Notes under the pieces: model-generated | Told to the model about the DNA's origin: nothing | What the model saw: only the letters and a program-made list of their open reading frames with translations | Database searches by the model: none | Part shown: one piece after another, positions 9,656 to 19,537 of the stretch | How the letters are laid out: each line of letters begins with the position of its first letter | Position numbering within the stretch: the stretch's first letter is position 1 | Translations under genes and position numbers: made by a program | Assembly: GCA_963796415.1 (NCBI GenBank) | Contig: CAWCLR010000005.1 | Location: 147,795-211,794, forward strand | Length of the DNA: 64,000 bases | Direction of reading: 5' to 3' | Source: an uncultured Acidimicrobiales bacterium | GTDB lineage: Bacteria > Actinomycetota > Acidimicrobiia > Acidimicrobiales > VFJN01

Positions 9656-10946
9656 CGGCGCGGCGCCGCCGGACGCGCCGGCCGGTCGGTGCGGCATGGC
9701 GGGCGGGACCGTCCCCGTCGTTCTCGCCGGTGCCCATTTCGGGCGCGTCGATGCCCGCGCCCCACCCCTGGTCGAGACCCCCGTCGCCGTGGTCGTGGCC
9801 GCGTAGGTCGTCCCCCGAGCCCAGGACGGCGGCGGCCAGCGCCGTCGTGATCGGCACCGACGCCACCAGGCCGATCGACCCGACCAGCATGCGCACGACC
9901 TCGACCGCGATCAGCTCGCTGGTCAGGAGGCGCCCGGCGGGCTGGTCGCCCTGCACGAAGAACAGCAGCAAGGGCAGCGACGCCCCGGCGTAGGCCAGCA
10001 CGAGCGTGTTGACCGTGGAGGCCACGTGATCGCGGCCGACCTTCGTCGCCTCGCGGTAGAGGAAGCGGCGCGACAGCCCGGGGTTGGCCCGCCGCAGGGC
10101 CGACACGATGGACACCTGGCTCACGGTCACGTCGTCGAGCACGCCGAGGGCACCGACGACGATGCCGGCGACGAGCAGGCCCCGCAGGTCGAGAGCCTCC
10201 GCGGTGACCCGCAGGGTCTGGGCCCGCCCGTCGGCGAGGCCGGACAGGTTGGTCGCCGCGGCCACGCCGAACGCCAGCGCGCTCGTGATCGCCAGGGCGG
10301 CGAGGGTGCCGGCCAGCGCCACGGTCGTCCCGGTGTTCACGCCGTGGGCCAGGTACAGCGCGATGAAGGCGATCAGAACCGTGGCCGCCAGGGCCACCGC
10401 CACGGCCGGCTCGTCGCGGAGCAGCGCGGGCACCAGGAACGCGAGCAGCACCGCCCCGCTGGCGGCCAGGCCGATCAGCGCCCGCACGCCCTGCCACCGG
10501 CCGAAGGCGATCACGACCACGACGAACAGCCCCAGCAACCACAGCATCGGGGTCTCGCGCTGGAAGTCGGCGAACGAGTAGCGGTAGCGCGGCGGGCTGG
10601 TGGCCACGTCGAGCAGCACGATGCCGTCGCCGCGGGCCAGCTCGGGGACGTCGAACTGGGTCGACCGCACCTCGAAGGTGATGTCGTCGCCCGCGTCGTC
10701 GCCCGAGGTCAGCTCGGCGCTCACCAGCTGGCAGGGCCCGGGTGCGTCGATCTCTGGGTCCTGGCACGAGTCGGTGTCGATGCCGGTCACGGTGGCGTCG
10801 ACGTAGGTGTTGGGCTGGGTCCCGAGGTCGGGCGCATCGCCACGCGGCCAGAAGGCGATCGTCCCCAGCACAGCCAGCGCTCCGGCGATCACGACCACCA
10901 GCGTGAGCACCCGGGCCGACCGGCGGGTCGGGCCGTCCTGGGGCAT
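9639..10946 (-). CDS. YibE/F family membrane protein
   Basis: FADFQRE, GALGVLDDVTVSQ, GRDHVASTVNTLVLAYAG motifs; ATG 10946 preceded by GGAGG. Confidence 0.85.
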   Translation of the reverse strand: MPQDGPTRRSARVLTLVVVIAGALAVLGTIAFWPRGDAPDLGTQPNTYVDATVTGIDTDSCQDPEIDAPGPCQLVSAELTSGDDAGDDITFEVRSTQFDVPELARGDGIVLLDVATSPPRYRYSFADFQRETPMLWLLGLFVVVVIAFGRWQGVRALIGLAASGAVLLAFLVPALLRDEPAVAVALAATVLIAFIALYLAHGVNTGTTVALAGTLAALAITSALAFGVAAATNLSGLADGRAQTLRVTAEALDLRGLLVAGIVVGALGVLDDVTVSQVSIVSALRRANPGLSRRFLYREATKVGRDHVASTVNTLVLAYAGASLPLLLFFVQGDQPAGRLLTSELIAVEVVRMLVGSIGLVASVPITTALAAAVLGSGDDLRGHDHGDGGLDQGWGAGIDAPEMGTGENDGDGPARHAAPTGRRVRRRRAVTPEG

Positions 10947-11029
10947 GGGCCGTCCTCCGGGGCCGTCGGGGTGGTCGAGGCGGACCCTAGCGGTCGCCGG
11001 GGGGGCGATCGGGGACCCGGGCGCGCGCA

Positions 11030-11046
11030 TCACTCCCGTCGGGTGA
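11030..11046. promoter_or_regulatory. TCACCC-N5-GGGTGA palindrome, site 4 (one mismatch; upstream of aqpZ)
   Basis: TCACTCccgtcGGGTGA; imperfect -10 TAGCTG 23 nt downstream. Confidence 0.6.
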
Positions 11047-11106
11047 GGACACCGGACCGCCACCGCACGTAGCTGGGTCACCACCGACCAACCACGGAGG
11101 GCCTCC

Positions 11107-11865
11107 ATGGACCTGCAACGCAAGGCGATCGCCGAGGTGCTCGGCACGTTGTGGCTGGTGCTGGGTGGCACCGGCAGCGCCGTGCTCGCCGCCATCTTCC
11201 TGTCCGACTTCCAGGACGGCGTCGTCAGCACCGGCATCGGCTTCCTCGGCGTCTCGCTGGCGTTCGGCCTGACCGTCGTGACCGCGGCCTACGCCCTCGG
11301 CCACATCTCCGGGGGGCACTTCAACCCGGCCATCACGCTCGGGGTGCTGGTCGCCAAGCGCATCGAGGCGCGCGCGGCCGTCGTGTACATCGTCGCCCAG
11401 GTGGTGGGCGCCATCCTCGGCTCGGGGATCGTGTTCGCCATCGCCAACGGGGTCGACGGGTTCTCGGTCGGCACCGGTGCGGGCGAGAACACGCTGGCGG
11501 CGAACGGGTTCGCCGACCACTCGCCCGGCGGCTACGACTGGGTCGCAGCACTGATCGCCGAGGTGGTGCTCACCTTCTTCTTCCTGCTGGTGGTCCTCGG
11601 CGTGACCGGCCGCGGCGCGCCGGCGGGCTTCGCCCCGCTGGCGATCGGCCTGGCGCTCACGCTGATCCACCTCATCAGCATCCCGGTGACCAACACGTCG
11701 GTGAACCCGGCGCGGTCGACCGGTCCCGCCGTGTTCGTCGGGGGCTGGACGCTCGAGCAGCTCTGGATGTTCTGGCTGGCGCCCATCCTGGGCGCGGTGC
11801 TGGCCGGGCTGGTGCACTACTTCGTGATCGAGGAGCGCCCCGAGACCGCCGAGGGCTACGCCTGA
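11107..11865 (+). CDS. aqpZ: Aquaporin Z
   Basis: Two NPA boxes ([24 protein letters not shown]), GGAGG RBS. Confidence 0.95.
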   Translation: MDLQRKAIAEVLGTLWLVLGGTGSAVLAAIFLSDFQDGVVSTGIGFLGVSLAFGLTVVTAAYALGHISGGHFNPAITLGVLVAKRIEARAAVVYIVAQVVGAILGSGIVFAIANGVDGFSVGTGAGENTLAANGFADHSPGGYDWVAALIAEVVLTFFFLLVVLGVTGRGAPAGFAPLAIGLALTLIHLISIPVTNTSVNPARSTGPAVFVGGWTLEQLWMFWLAPILGAVLAGLVHYFVIEERPETAEGYA

Positions 11866-11902
11866 TCGTCGGCCGGCGGTGCTCGTCCGTGGGGGGCGGT
11901 GG

Positions 11903-11996
11903 CGAGGCAATGGGTTCCGCGGCAGCGAGCCTGAGGCGTGGGTTCCGTATGCGGAACCCATTGCCTCGTCCTCTCCTGGGCGGAACCCAATGCCTC
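11903..11996. repeat. Four-copy inverted-repeat element between convergent genes (REP-like or bidirectional terminator)
   Basis: Perfect 18-bp IR CGAGGCAATGGGTTCCGC (11903-11920) with 11951-11968, plus degenerate copies at 11933-11947 and 11981-11996. Confidence 0.65.
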
Positions 11997-12040
11997 GGGA
12001 CCAGGCGAGCAGCCCGACTCACGGATCCAGTGGGGAGCCG

Positions 12041-13753
12041 CTACTGCCTCGCCGAGGTCCACGCCGCGACACGGGCGCGGAGGACGCGCAGGCTGATCGT
12101 GGCGCCGCCGAGCACGGCGTCGTGGAAGCCCGCGATGTCGAAGGCCGGGCCGAGCGTGGCCCGGGCGTCGGCTCGTAGGCGCAGGATCTCGCGCTGGCCG
12201 ACCTTGTAGGCCAGCGCCTGGCCGGGCATGCCGATGTAGCGGTCGACCTCGACGACGATCTCGTCGCGGTTCACGGGGGCGTGGGCCACCATGAAGTCGA
12301 TCGCCTGCTGGCGGGTCCACCCGAGGGCGTGCAGGCCGGTGTCCACCACCAGCCGGCAGGCCCGCCACGCGTCGCTGGCCAGCATCCCGAGCCGGTCGAG
12401 GTCGCTGTCGTACAGGCCCATCTCGTCCGCCAGCCGCTCGGTGTACAGCGCCCAGCCCTCGACGAAGGCCGTGTGGCCCCACGACAGGCGGCGGAACGCG
12501 GGCAGGTCGGTGCGCTCGGAGGCGATGGCGAGCTGCAGGTGGTGGCCCGGGATGGCCTCGTGGAACGCGATCGACGCGGTCTCGGCCCGCCCCCGCCCGG
12601 TGGGGTCGTGCAGGTTGACGTGGTACTCGCCCGGGCGGCTGCCGTCGGGCGCCGGCGGCGTGTAGTAGGCGGCCGGGGCGTCGGCGGCCAGGTAGTCGGG
12701 CACCGGGGTGAGCACGCAGGGCGCCTCGGGCAGGATGCCGAACCAGTCGCCCATGGCGGCGGTGGCGGCGTCGAGGCAGGCGGTGGCGTGGGCGATGATC
12801 TCGTCGCCGTCGCGGTAGCGGAGGTCGGCGTCGTCGAGCAGCCGCCCGAAGACGGTCGGCAGGTCGTCGGTGCCGAACTGCCGCCCGCCGACCTCGGCGA
12901 ACTCTGCGGGCAGCGACCCCGTGACCTCCTCCATGCCGATGGCGTGCAGCTCGTCGGCGGTGAGCGGCAGGCCGGTGTGCATCTCGATCAGCGCCCGGTA
13001 CATCTCGGGGCCGTCGTCGAGGTGGACGAGGCCGGCGCGGTCGTCGGGCCGGGCGACGGGCAGCAGCTCGTCGCGCAGCATGTCGCGGTAGTCGGCGAAG
13101 GCGGGGCGGACGACGTCGCGCACGATGTCGGTGAGCTGTGCCCGCCAGGCGGCGAGCCCGTCCCAGCCCTCGGGGCCCGGCAGCGTGGCGAACGGGTCCG
13201 CGTCGAGCGGCGACTCGAGGTAGCCCTCGACCTGGTTGATCGAGCGCTCGACGTTGATGCGGGCGGGCGTACGGCCGGCGGCGAGGCCCTCGCGGAACCG
13301 GGCGGCCGCCTGGGCCAGCATCGTGGCGTAGGCCCGGGTGCGTTCGACGGCCATCGCCGCGTGCTCGGGTTCGGGGGCGCTGAGCTGCCCGGCGGTGATG
13401 AGCAGGTCGGCGTGGACGCCCTCCATCTGGTCGGACGCCATCTCGGCCAACCGCAGGTCGATGCCCCGCACGGCGTCGTCGAGCTCGTGAACCAGAAGGT
13501 CGCGGGTCACGGCGTCGGCGTCGTCGAGCGACGCGTCGAGTGCGGCGGCCCGCTCGCGCAGGCCGACCCACGTCGCCCGCAGCCGCTGCTCGGCCTCGGC
13601 GGACAGGTCGTCGACGCGGTCGTCGTAGCGGTGGTCGCCGAGGAACGTGGCGAACAGGGGGCTGGCCTCGAGGCGCGCCTCCCAGTACCCGTCGGCGAGG
13701 GCGCGCAGCGTGGCGGAGGCATCGTCGGTGTCGTGGATGTCGGCTGCAGTCAC
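12041..13753 (-). CDS. DUF885 family protein
   Basis: FHEAIPGHHLQ, AFVEGWALYTE, RACRLVVDTGLH, EVDRY..PGQALAYKVG. Confidence 0.9.
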   Translation of the reverse strand: MTAADIHDTDDASATLRALADGYWEARLEASPLFATFLGDHRYDDRVDDLSAEAEQRLRATWVGLRERAAALDASLDDADAVTRDLLVHELDDAVRGIDLRLAEMASDQMEGVHADLLITAGQLSAPEPEHAAMAVERTRAYATMLAQAAARFREGLAAGRTPARINVERSINQVEGYLESPLDADPFATLPGPEGWDGLAAWRAQLTDIVRDVVRPAFADYRDMLRDELLPVARPDDRAGLVHLDDGPEMYRALIEMHTGLPLTADELHAIGMEEVTGSLPAEFAEVGGRQFGTDDLPTVFGRLLDDADLRYRDGDEIIAHATACLDAATAAMGDWFGILPEAPCVLTPVPDYLAADAPAAYYTPPAPDGSRPGEYHVNLHDPTGRGRAETASIAFHEAIPGHHLQLAIASERTDLPAFRRLSWGHTAFVEGWALYTERLADEMGLYDSDLDRLGMLASDAWRACRLVVDTGLHALGWTRQQAIDFMVAHAPVNRDEIVVEVDRYIGMPGQALAYKVGQREILRLRADARATLGPAFDIAGFHDAVLGGATISLRVLRARVAAWTSARQ

Positions 13754-13857
13754 GGGCCCACTCTGCCCGAACCGTCACTCGCTGGTGAACGCCGTTACCG
13801 TCGATGCCGCCGACGAGCAGAACATGAACGATGGCGTCAGGCGTTCATCAAAGCCGG

Positions 13858-14256
13858 TCAGCTCGGGCTCGCCGTCTCGACGCCGAGCGCTCGCGCGGCG
13901 TCGGCCATCCGCCCGTCGTAGGTGACGAGGGCACGAAGGTCGCCGCCGAGCATCCGGGCTGACGCAACGTGGATCGCCTCGAGGCTTCGCAGCAGCGACT
14001 CGGGTGCGAGCGTCGCGGCCACGTCGAGCAGATCGCGGCTCAGGCTCACCTGGTGGACGCGGGCCAGTTGCCGACGTGCCTTGCCGAGCGCGTCTGCTCC
14101 ACCCGGCAGAACGGCCCGCACGACCTCGACGCGAGCGAGCTCACTGGTCACCTTGTCGTCGGCCCGGTGGCGGCGGAGGTAGCGCCGAAGAGCCGAGGAC
14201 TCGCTCTCGGCCTGGACGAGCTTCACGATGGCCGAGGAGTCGAGGTACAGCCTCAC
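13858..14256 (-). CDS. vapC: VapC PIN-domain toxin
   Basis: GTG overlaps antitoxin stop; YLDSSAIVK, ELARVEV, LRSLEAIHVASA, VTYD. Confidence 0.85.
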   Translation of the reverse strand: MRLYLDSSAIVKLVQAESESSALRRYLRRHRADDKVTSELARVEVVRAVLPGGADALGKARRQLARVHQVSLSRDLLDVAATLAPESLLRSLEAIHVASARMLGGDLRALVTYDGRMADAARALGVETASPS

Positions 14257-14519
14257 CGCTCCTCGGCCCTCATCGCCGCCAGGCGGACGGACGCGGGCAC
14301 CCCGTAGTCCGACGGCGCCTCGTCGACGATGTCGCCATCGAGCTCGGGGGGTGTGACGGCGCCGCGCGAGAGCAGGCGCTGCCACGGGTCGGCATCGATC
14401 GGGATGAGCCGGGCGACCGGGCGCCCGCGATCGGTCACTTCGACGGTCTCGCCGTTGGCCACGAGCGCCAGGTAGCGGCTGGCGTGCTGTCGCAGCTCTC
14501 GAACCCCGATCCTCTCCAT
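14253..14519 (-). CDS. vapB: Phd/YefM-family antitoxin
   Basis: IGVRELRQHASRYL..V..GE.VEVTDRGRPVARL. Confidence 0.9.
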   Translation of the reverse strand: MERIGVRELRQHASRYLALVANGETVEVTDRGRPVARLIPIDADPWQRLLSRGAVTPPELDGDIVDEAPSDYGVPASVRLAAMRAEER

Positions 14520-14536
14520 GTGCTACAGGGTAGCAC
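14520..14536. promoter_or_regulatory. vapBC operator palindrome overlapping the -10 element
   Basis: GTGCTAC-agg-GTAGCAC directly upstream of the ATG; TACCCT on the - strand 7 nt before the start. Confidence 0.7.
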
Positions 14537-14568
14537 CCGGCGCGCGCCCGGCGGTGCGGCCGGCCGGC

Positions 14569-15438
14569 TCAGCCCTGCCGGTGCCCCCACTCGGTCCGGC
14601 CGGGGGCGTGCGCGGGTTCGGGGATCGAGCGGAGGACGTCGTCGGTCCGCTCGTGCGCCGGGTCGAGCGCCCGCCGGGGGTGGCGGCCGTCGACGTAGCC
14701 GAGGAACGGCGGGTAGACGTTGTAGCCGATCAGCTCCTGCAGGCGTTCGGGCAGCTCACGGGCCACGTCGGGCGGCACGGCCACGAGCTGGGTCTCCTGC
14801 GGCCGTAGCCACGACACCACGTACTCGAGCAGCAGCCCGGGCCGCGGCCGGTCAGTGGTGTTGGCGCCGCCACCGTGCCACAGCCCGCCGAGGTAGATCA
14901 GCACCGACCCGGCGGGCATGGCGATCGACACCGCCTCGGCCTCCTCGGGGCGCCGGTCCTCGGGCCAGCGGTGGCTGCCGGGGATGAGGCGGGTGGCGCC
15001 GTTGTCGGCCGTGAAGTCGCACAGCGCCCACATGCTGTTGACCACCACGGGTGCGTGCGGGCGGGGGAGCGGGTAGATGTCCTCGTCGCGGTGCAGGATC
15101 TGCGCCTTCTCGCCCGGCCCGATCTGCAGTGCGACCGGCGCCGAGAACTGGTAGTGCTCGCCGAGGGCGTGGTCGAGGGCGGCCAGCAGCACCGGGTGGA
15201 CGGCCAGGTCGTCGAACGCCCGGGTCTTGGCGTACACCGCGTAGATCCGCTGGGTGTGGAAGCCCTCGAAGAAGTTGCGGCCGGTGGGCGTGGCCGCGAA
15301 CAGGTCGTGCAGGGCGTCGAGGCGGCGGGCGACGTCGGCGGGGTCGAGCACGCCCTCGACGAGCGCGTACCCGTGCTCGTCGAGCGAGGCGGTCACGTCG
15401 TCGACCGCGGCGTCGGGCCCGAGCCGCACGAGCGTCAT
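14569..15438 (-). CDS. Phytanoyl-CoA dioxygenase (PhyH) family Fe/2OG oxygenase
   Basis: HRD, NGATRLIPGSH, LWHGGGAN motifs. Confidence 0.9.
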   Translation of the reverse strand: MTLVRLGPDAAVDDVTASLDEHGYALVEGVLDPADVARRLDALHDLFAATPTGRNFFEGFHTQRIYAVYAKTRAFDDLAVHPVLLAALDHALGEHYQFSAPVALQIGPGEKAQILHRDEDIYPLPRPHAPVVVNSMWALCDFTADNGATRLIPGSHRWPEDRRPEEAEAVSIAMPAGSVLIYLGGLWHGGGANTTDRPRPGLLLEYVVSWLRPQETQLVAVPPDVARELPERLQELIGYNVYPPFLGYVDGRHPRRALDPAHERTDDVLRSIPEPAHAPGRTEWGHRQG

Positions 15439-15544
15439 CACACAGCAAGGTAGCCCCGGGGCAGCTCCTTGGCGCCTGCGGTTCACGTCCCGCTCCGCGG
15501 CAGGACACGCGGACGCAACACCTCCGCCGTACTCTTGTCCCCGG

Positions 15545-17035
15545 ATGGTCCGGCGACGACGCATCGATCCGAGCGATCCCAGCGACATCAGCACCGGCCT
15601 GATGGAGCCGCTGGCGCCACACGTCATCGTGCTCTTCGGCGCCACCGGTGACCTGGCCCAGCGCAAGCTCTTGCCCGGCCTGCTGCACCTGTCGGCGGCC
15701 GGGATGATGCCCGAGTGCCGCATCGTCGGCACCGCACTCGACGACCTCGACGACGAGGCGTTCCGCGACCTGGCCCGCCGCGCCGTCGAGAAGTTCTCGA
15801 GCCGCGAGATCAGCGACGAGCAGTGGGCTCGCTACGCCAACCGCCTCACGTTCGTGCCCCAGCAGTCCGGGCCCGACGCGCTGGCCCGCGCCGTCACCGA
15901 GGCCGAAAAGGCCCTCGGCTCCCCTGACGACGTCCGCCGACTCCACTACCTCAGCGTCCCGCCGGCCGCCGCGGTCGACGTGGTGCGCATGCTCGACGAG
16001 GCCGGCCTGGTCGAGCGGTCCCGCATCATCATGGAGAAGCCGTTCGGCACCGACCTCGAGTCCGCTGTCGAGCTGAACGAGGGCCTGCACGAGGTGTTCG
16101 ACGAGCGGCGGATCTTCCGCATCGACCACTTCCTCGGCAAGGAGGCGGCGCTCAACATCCTCGCCTTCCGCTTCGCCAACGGCCTGTTCGAGCCGATCTG
16201 GAACCGGATCCACATCGACCATGTGCAGATCGACGTGCCCGAGACGCTGGCCATCGGCACCCGCATCGGCTTCTACGAGCAGACCGGCGCCTACCGCGAC
16301 ATGGTCGTGACCCACCTGTTCCAGGTCATGGCGTTCATGGCCATGGAGCCGCCGACCGAGCTGACCCCGCTTGCCATCACCGAGGAGAAGAACAAGGTCT
16401 TCCGGTCGATGCTGCCGATCGACCCCAGTCACGTGGTGCGGGGCCAGTACCAGGGCTACCGCGACGAGGTCGGGGTCGAGCCGCACTCCGAGACCGAGAC
16501 GTTCGTGGCGCTGAAGGCAGAGATCGACAACTGGCGGTGGGCGGGCGTCCCGTTCTACCTCCGCACCGGCAAGCGCATGGCCGAGAGCGCCCGCATCATC
16601 TCGATCGCCTTCCGTGAGCCGCCGAAGAGCATGTTCCCCGCGGGGTCGGGCGTGGGGGGCCAGGGGCCCGACCACCTGACGTTCGACCTGGCCGACGCGT
16701 CGAAGCTGTCACTGTCGTTCTACGGCAAGCGGCCCGGCCCGGGGATGAAGCTCGACAAGCTCAGCCTGCAGTTCGCCCTGCACGAGACCGGGCGGGCGAA
16801 CGACGTGCTCGAGGCGTACGAGCGGCTGATCTACGACGCCATGAGCGGCGACCACACGCTGTTCACCACGGCCGAGGGCATCGAGCGGTTGTGGGAGATC
16901 TCGACGCCGCTGCTCGAGAACCCGCCCCCGGTGCGGCTGTACCCGCCGGGCTCGTGGGGGCCGAACGCCATCCACCAGCTCGTCGCGCCCAACGCCTGGC
17001 GCCTCCCCTTCGAGCGGGCCTGGCGCGAGGGCTGA
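15545..17035 (+). CDS. zwf: Glucose-6-phosphate 1-dehydrogenase
   Basis: FGATGDLAQRKL, EKPFG, RIDHFLGKE, WRWAGVPFYLRTGK; start could be 15545 or 15602. Confidence 0.95.
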   Translation: MVRRRRIDPSDPSDISTGLMEPLAPHVIVLFGATGDLAQRKLLPGLLHLSAAGMMPECRIVGTALDDLDDEAFRDLARRAVEKFSSREISDEQWARYANRLTFVPQQSGPDALARAVTEAEKALGSPDDVRRLHYLSVPPAAAVDVVRMLDEAGLVERSRIIMEKPFGTDLESAVELNEGLHEVFDERRIFRIDHFLGKEAALNILAFRFANGLFEPIWNRIHIDHVQIDVPETLAIGTRIGFYEQTGAYRDMVVTHLFQVMAFMAMEPPTELTPLAITEEKNKVFRSMLPIDPSHVVRGQYQGYRDEVGVEPHSETETFVALKAEIDNWRWAGVPFYLRTGKRMAESARIISIAFREPPKSMFPAGSGVGGQGPDHLTFDLADASKLSLSFYGKRPGPGMKLDKLSLQFALHETGRANDVLEAYERLIYDAMSGDHTLFTTAEGIERLWEISTPLLENPPPVRLYPPGSWGPNAIHQLVAPNAWRLPFERAWREG

Positions 17036-17060
17036 CCGCCCGCGTACAGGCCGGGCGACC

Positions 17061-17579
17061 TCAGCTCCCGGCCTCGCCAGGTTCCGCCAGTTCAGCCAGC
17101 GCGGCGGAGAGGTCGTCGTCGCCACCGGGTGGGCGGGTGAGGCGCTCGGCCTCGGCCATGCCGAACGGCCACTGGCCGTGGCGGCTGCTCGTGCCGCGGG
17201 CGGCGGTGTGCTGCAGCACGGTCACGTCGTCGCCGGTGTCGCACATCCGCATGGCCAGCAGCATGAGCGCCGCGGGCGTGGGCGACAGGGCGAACACCGT
17301 GCGGCGGAAGCCCCGCTGGGGGCCCGCGAAGCGCAGCTCGGTGGCCACCACCTCGTGGGCCGAGTAGGCGCTCCGGAGCAGATCGTGGACCTCGCTGGCG
17401 GCCCGGGTCAGCGCCTGCCGCCCGGCGCTGCCGACCTCGGCGGGTGCGGCGTCGTCGCCGGCGAGGAAGCGGCCGATGTCCTCGACCAGCCACCGGACCG
17501 GGCAGTCGCCCGCGAACGGATCGCCCTGCCCGTCGCCGCCGTCGTGCCCGGCGACCGTGTGCTCGTGCTCGTCCCTCAC
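17061..17579 (-). CDS. Hypothetical protein
   Basis: 172-aa ORF with host-like codon bias filling the gap; no recognised motif. Confidence 0.6.
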   Translation of the reverse strand: MRDEHEHTVAGHDGGDGQGDPFAGDCPVRWLVEDIGRFLAGDDAAPAEVGSAGRQALTRAASEVHDLLRSAYSAHEVVATELRFAGPQRGFRRTVFALSPTPAALMLLAMRMCDTGDDVTVLQHTAARGTSSRHGQWPFGMAEAERLTRPPGGDDDLSAALAELAEPGEAGS

Positions 17580-17582
17580 AGA

Positions 17583-17604
17583 TAGTTAGGTAAGCCTAAC
17601 TAGT
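17583..17604. promoter_or_regulatory. IdeR/DtxR-type iron box
   Basis: AT-rich IR TAGTTAGG-taag-CCTAACTA; TTAGGTAAGCCTAAC matches the first 15 positions of the DtxR/IdeR consensus TWAGGTWAGSCTWACCTWA. Confidence 0.7.
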
Positions 17605-17682
17605 ACAGGGGTGTCAACCTGACGATGGTCCGGGGCAATCCGGGCGGCGCCGGAGCGAGGGCTCCGTAGGCTCACCGGAACC

Positions 17683-19503
17683 ATGCCCCGCCACGCCGAC
17701 CCCGCCACCGCCACCCCCCTCGTCCGCCTGTGGGAGTACGCCGGGGGGCACCGCCGCACGGTCGTCGCCGCCGTCACGGCCAGCGTGGTCAACAAGCTGG
17801 CCGACGTCATGCCCGAGCTGCTCATCGGCGCCGCCGTGGACGTCGTCGTGCGGGGGAACGACTCGATCGTCGCCCAGGCCTTCGGCGTCGAGGACCGCTT
17901 CCAGCAGCTCCTCGTGCTCGCCGCCATCAACGTCGGCGTGTGGATCGTCGAGTCGCTCACCGACTACATCGCCCAGATCCTGTGGCGGAACCTGGCGCAG
18001 ACCATCGAGCACGAGGCCCGCATGGACGCCTACCGCCACGTCCAACGGCTCGAGCTCGCCTGGTTCGAGGACCAGTCGACCGGGGGGCTGCTGTCGATCC
18101 TCAACGACGACGTCAACCAGCTCGAGCGGTTCCTCGACATCGGCGCCAACGAGCTGGTGCGCACGCTGGTCAACGTCGTGTTCGTCGGCGTCGTGTTCTT
18201 CGTGGCCGAGCCGGTGCTCGGGGTCGTCGCGTTCGCCCCCATCCCGCTGATCGTGTGGGCCTCGGTCCGCTACCAGCACCGGCTCGAGCCCCGCTACACC
18301 GAGGTCCGCCAGGCGGCCGGCAACCTCGGCGCGCTCCTGGCCAACAACGTGTCGGGCATCGCCACGATCCGCTCGTTCACCGCCGAGGAGCGCGAGTCCG
18401 AGCGGGTGGCGACCGCCAGCACCGCCTACCGCGAGGCCAACCGGCGGGCGATCAAGCTGTCCTCGGCGTTCATCCCGCTCATCCGCATGGCGATCCTGGC
18501 CGCGTTCACGGTGACGCTGATCGTCGGGGGCCAGGCGGCGCTGGACGGCTCGCTGGCGGTGGGCACGTTCTCGGTGCTCGTGTACATGACCCAGCGGCTG
18601 CTCTGGCCGCTGACCCGGCTGGGCGAGACGTTCGACCTCTACCAGCGGGCCATGGCGTCGACCCGGCGCATCCTCGACCTGCTGGCGGTCGACCCCACGA
18701 TCGTGGGCGGGCCCGGCGCGCTCCCGTCGCCGCTGCGGGGCGAGGTGCGCTTCGCCGGCGTGGGGTTCCGCTACGGCGCCGGACGACCGGTGCTCGACGG
18801 GTTCGACCTGACCGTGCCGCCGGGGGAGACGCACGCCATCGTGGGGTCCACCGGCGCGGGCAAGTCGACCGTCGTGAAGCTGCTGCTGCGGTTCTACGAC
18901 CCGCAGGACGGGCGGATCACGCTCGACGGCGTGCCCGTCGACGACGTGTCGCTGGTCGCGCTCCGGCGGGAGGTCGGCTACGTGGGCCAGGACGTGTTCC
19001 TGTTCCAGGGGACCGTCCGCGACAACCTTGCCTACGGGCGGCCCGACGCCGCCGATGTCACCGACGCGGAGCTCGAGCGGGCGGCGCGGCTGGCCGAGGC
19101 GCACGACTTCATCGTCGAGCTGCCCGACGGCTACGACACGGTCGTCGGCGAGCGGGGCCAGAAGCTGTCGGGCGGCCAGCGCCAGCGGCTGTCGATCGCC
19201 CGGGCCATCCTCAAGGACCCGCCGTTGCTCGTGCTCGACGAGGCGACGTCCGCGGTCGACAACGAGACCGAGGCCGCCATCCAGCGGTCGCTCGAGCTGG
19301 TGGGCCGAGGGCGAACGGTGATCGTGATCGCCCACCGCCTGTCGACGGTCCGCCACGCCGATCGCATCCACGTCCTCGAGGAGGGCCGGGTCGTCGAGGC
19401 GGGGACGCACGACACCCTGGTGGCCCAGCGCGGCCTCTACGCCGCGCTGTGGCGCATCCAGACCGGCGAGATCCACGCCCTCCCCGACGTCGACTCGGCC
19501 TGA
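17683..19503 (+). CDS. ABC exporter, fused permease/ATP-binding protein
   Basis: TM domain plus GSTGAGKS, LSGGQRQR, LVLDEATS, IAHRL. Confidence 0.95.
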   Translation: MPRHADPATATPLVRLWEYAGGHRRTVVAAVTASVVNKLADVMPELLIGAAVDVVVRGNDSIVAQAFGVEDRFQQLLVLAAINVGVWIVESLTDYIAQILWRNLAQTIEHEARMDAYRHVQRLELAWFEDQSTGGLLSILNDDVNQLERFLDIGANELVRTLVNVVFVGVVFFVAEPVLGVVAFAPIPLIVWASVRYQHRLEPRYTEVRQAAGNLGALLANNVSGIATIRSFTAEERESERVATASTAYREANRRAIKLSSAFIPLIRMAILAAFTVTLIVGGQAALDGSLAVGTFSVLVYMTQRLLWPLTRLGETFDLYQRAMASTRRILDLLAVDPTIVGGPGALPSPLRGEVRFAGVGFRYGAGRPVLDGFDLTVPPGETHAIVGSTGAGKSTVVKLLLRFYDPQDGRITLDGVPVDDVSLVALRREVGYVGQDVFLFQGTVRDNLAYGRPDAADVTDAELERAARLAEAHDFIVELPDGYDTVVGERGQKLSGGQRQRLSIARAILKDPPLLVLDEATSAVDNETEAAIQRSLELVGRGRTVIVIAHRLSTVRHADRIHVLEEGRVVEAGTHDTLVAQRGLYAALWRIQTGEIHALPDVDSA

Positions 19504-19537
19504 CGCATCTCCACAGGGTTCCCCAGCTGCTTCCGGG

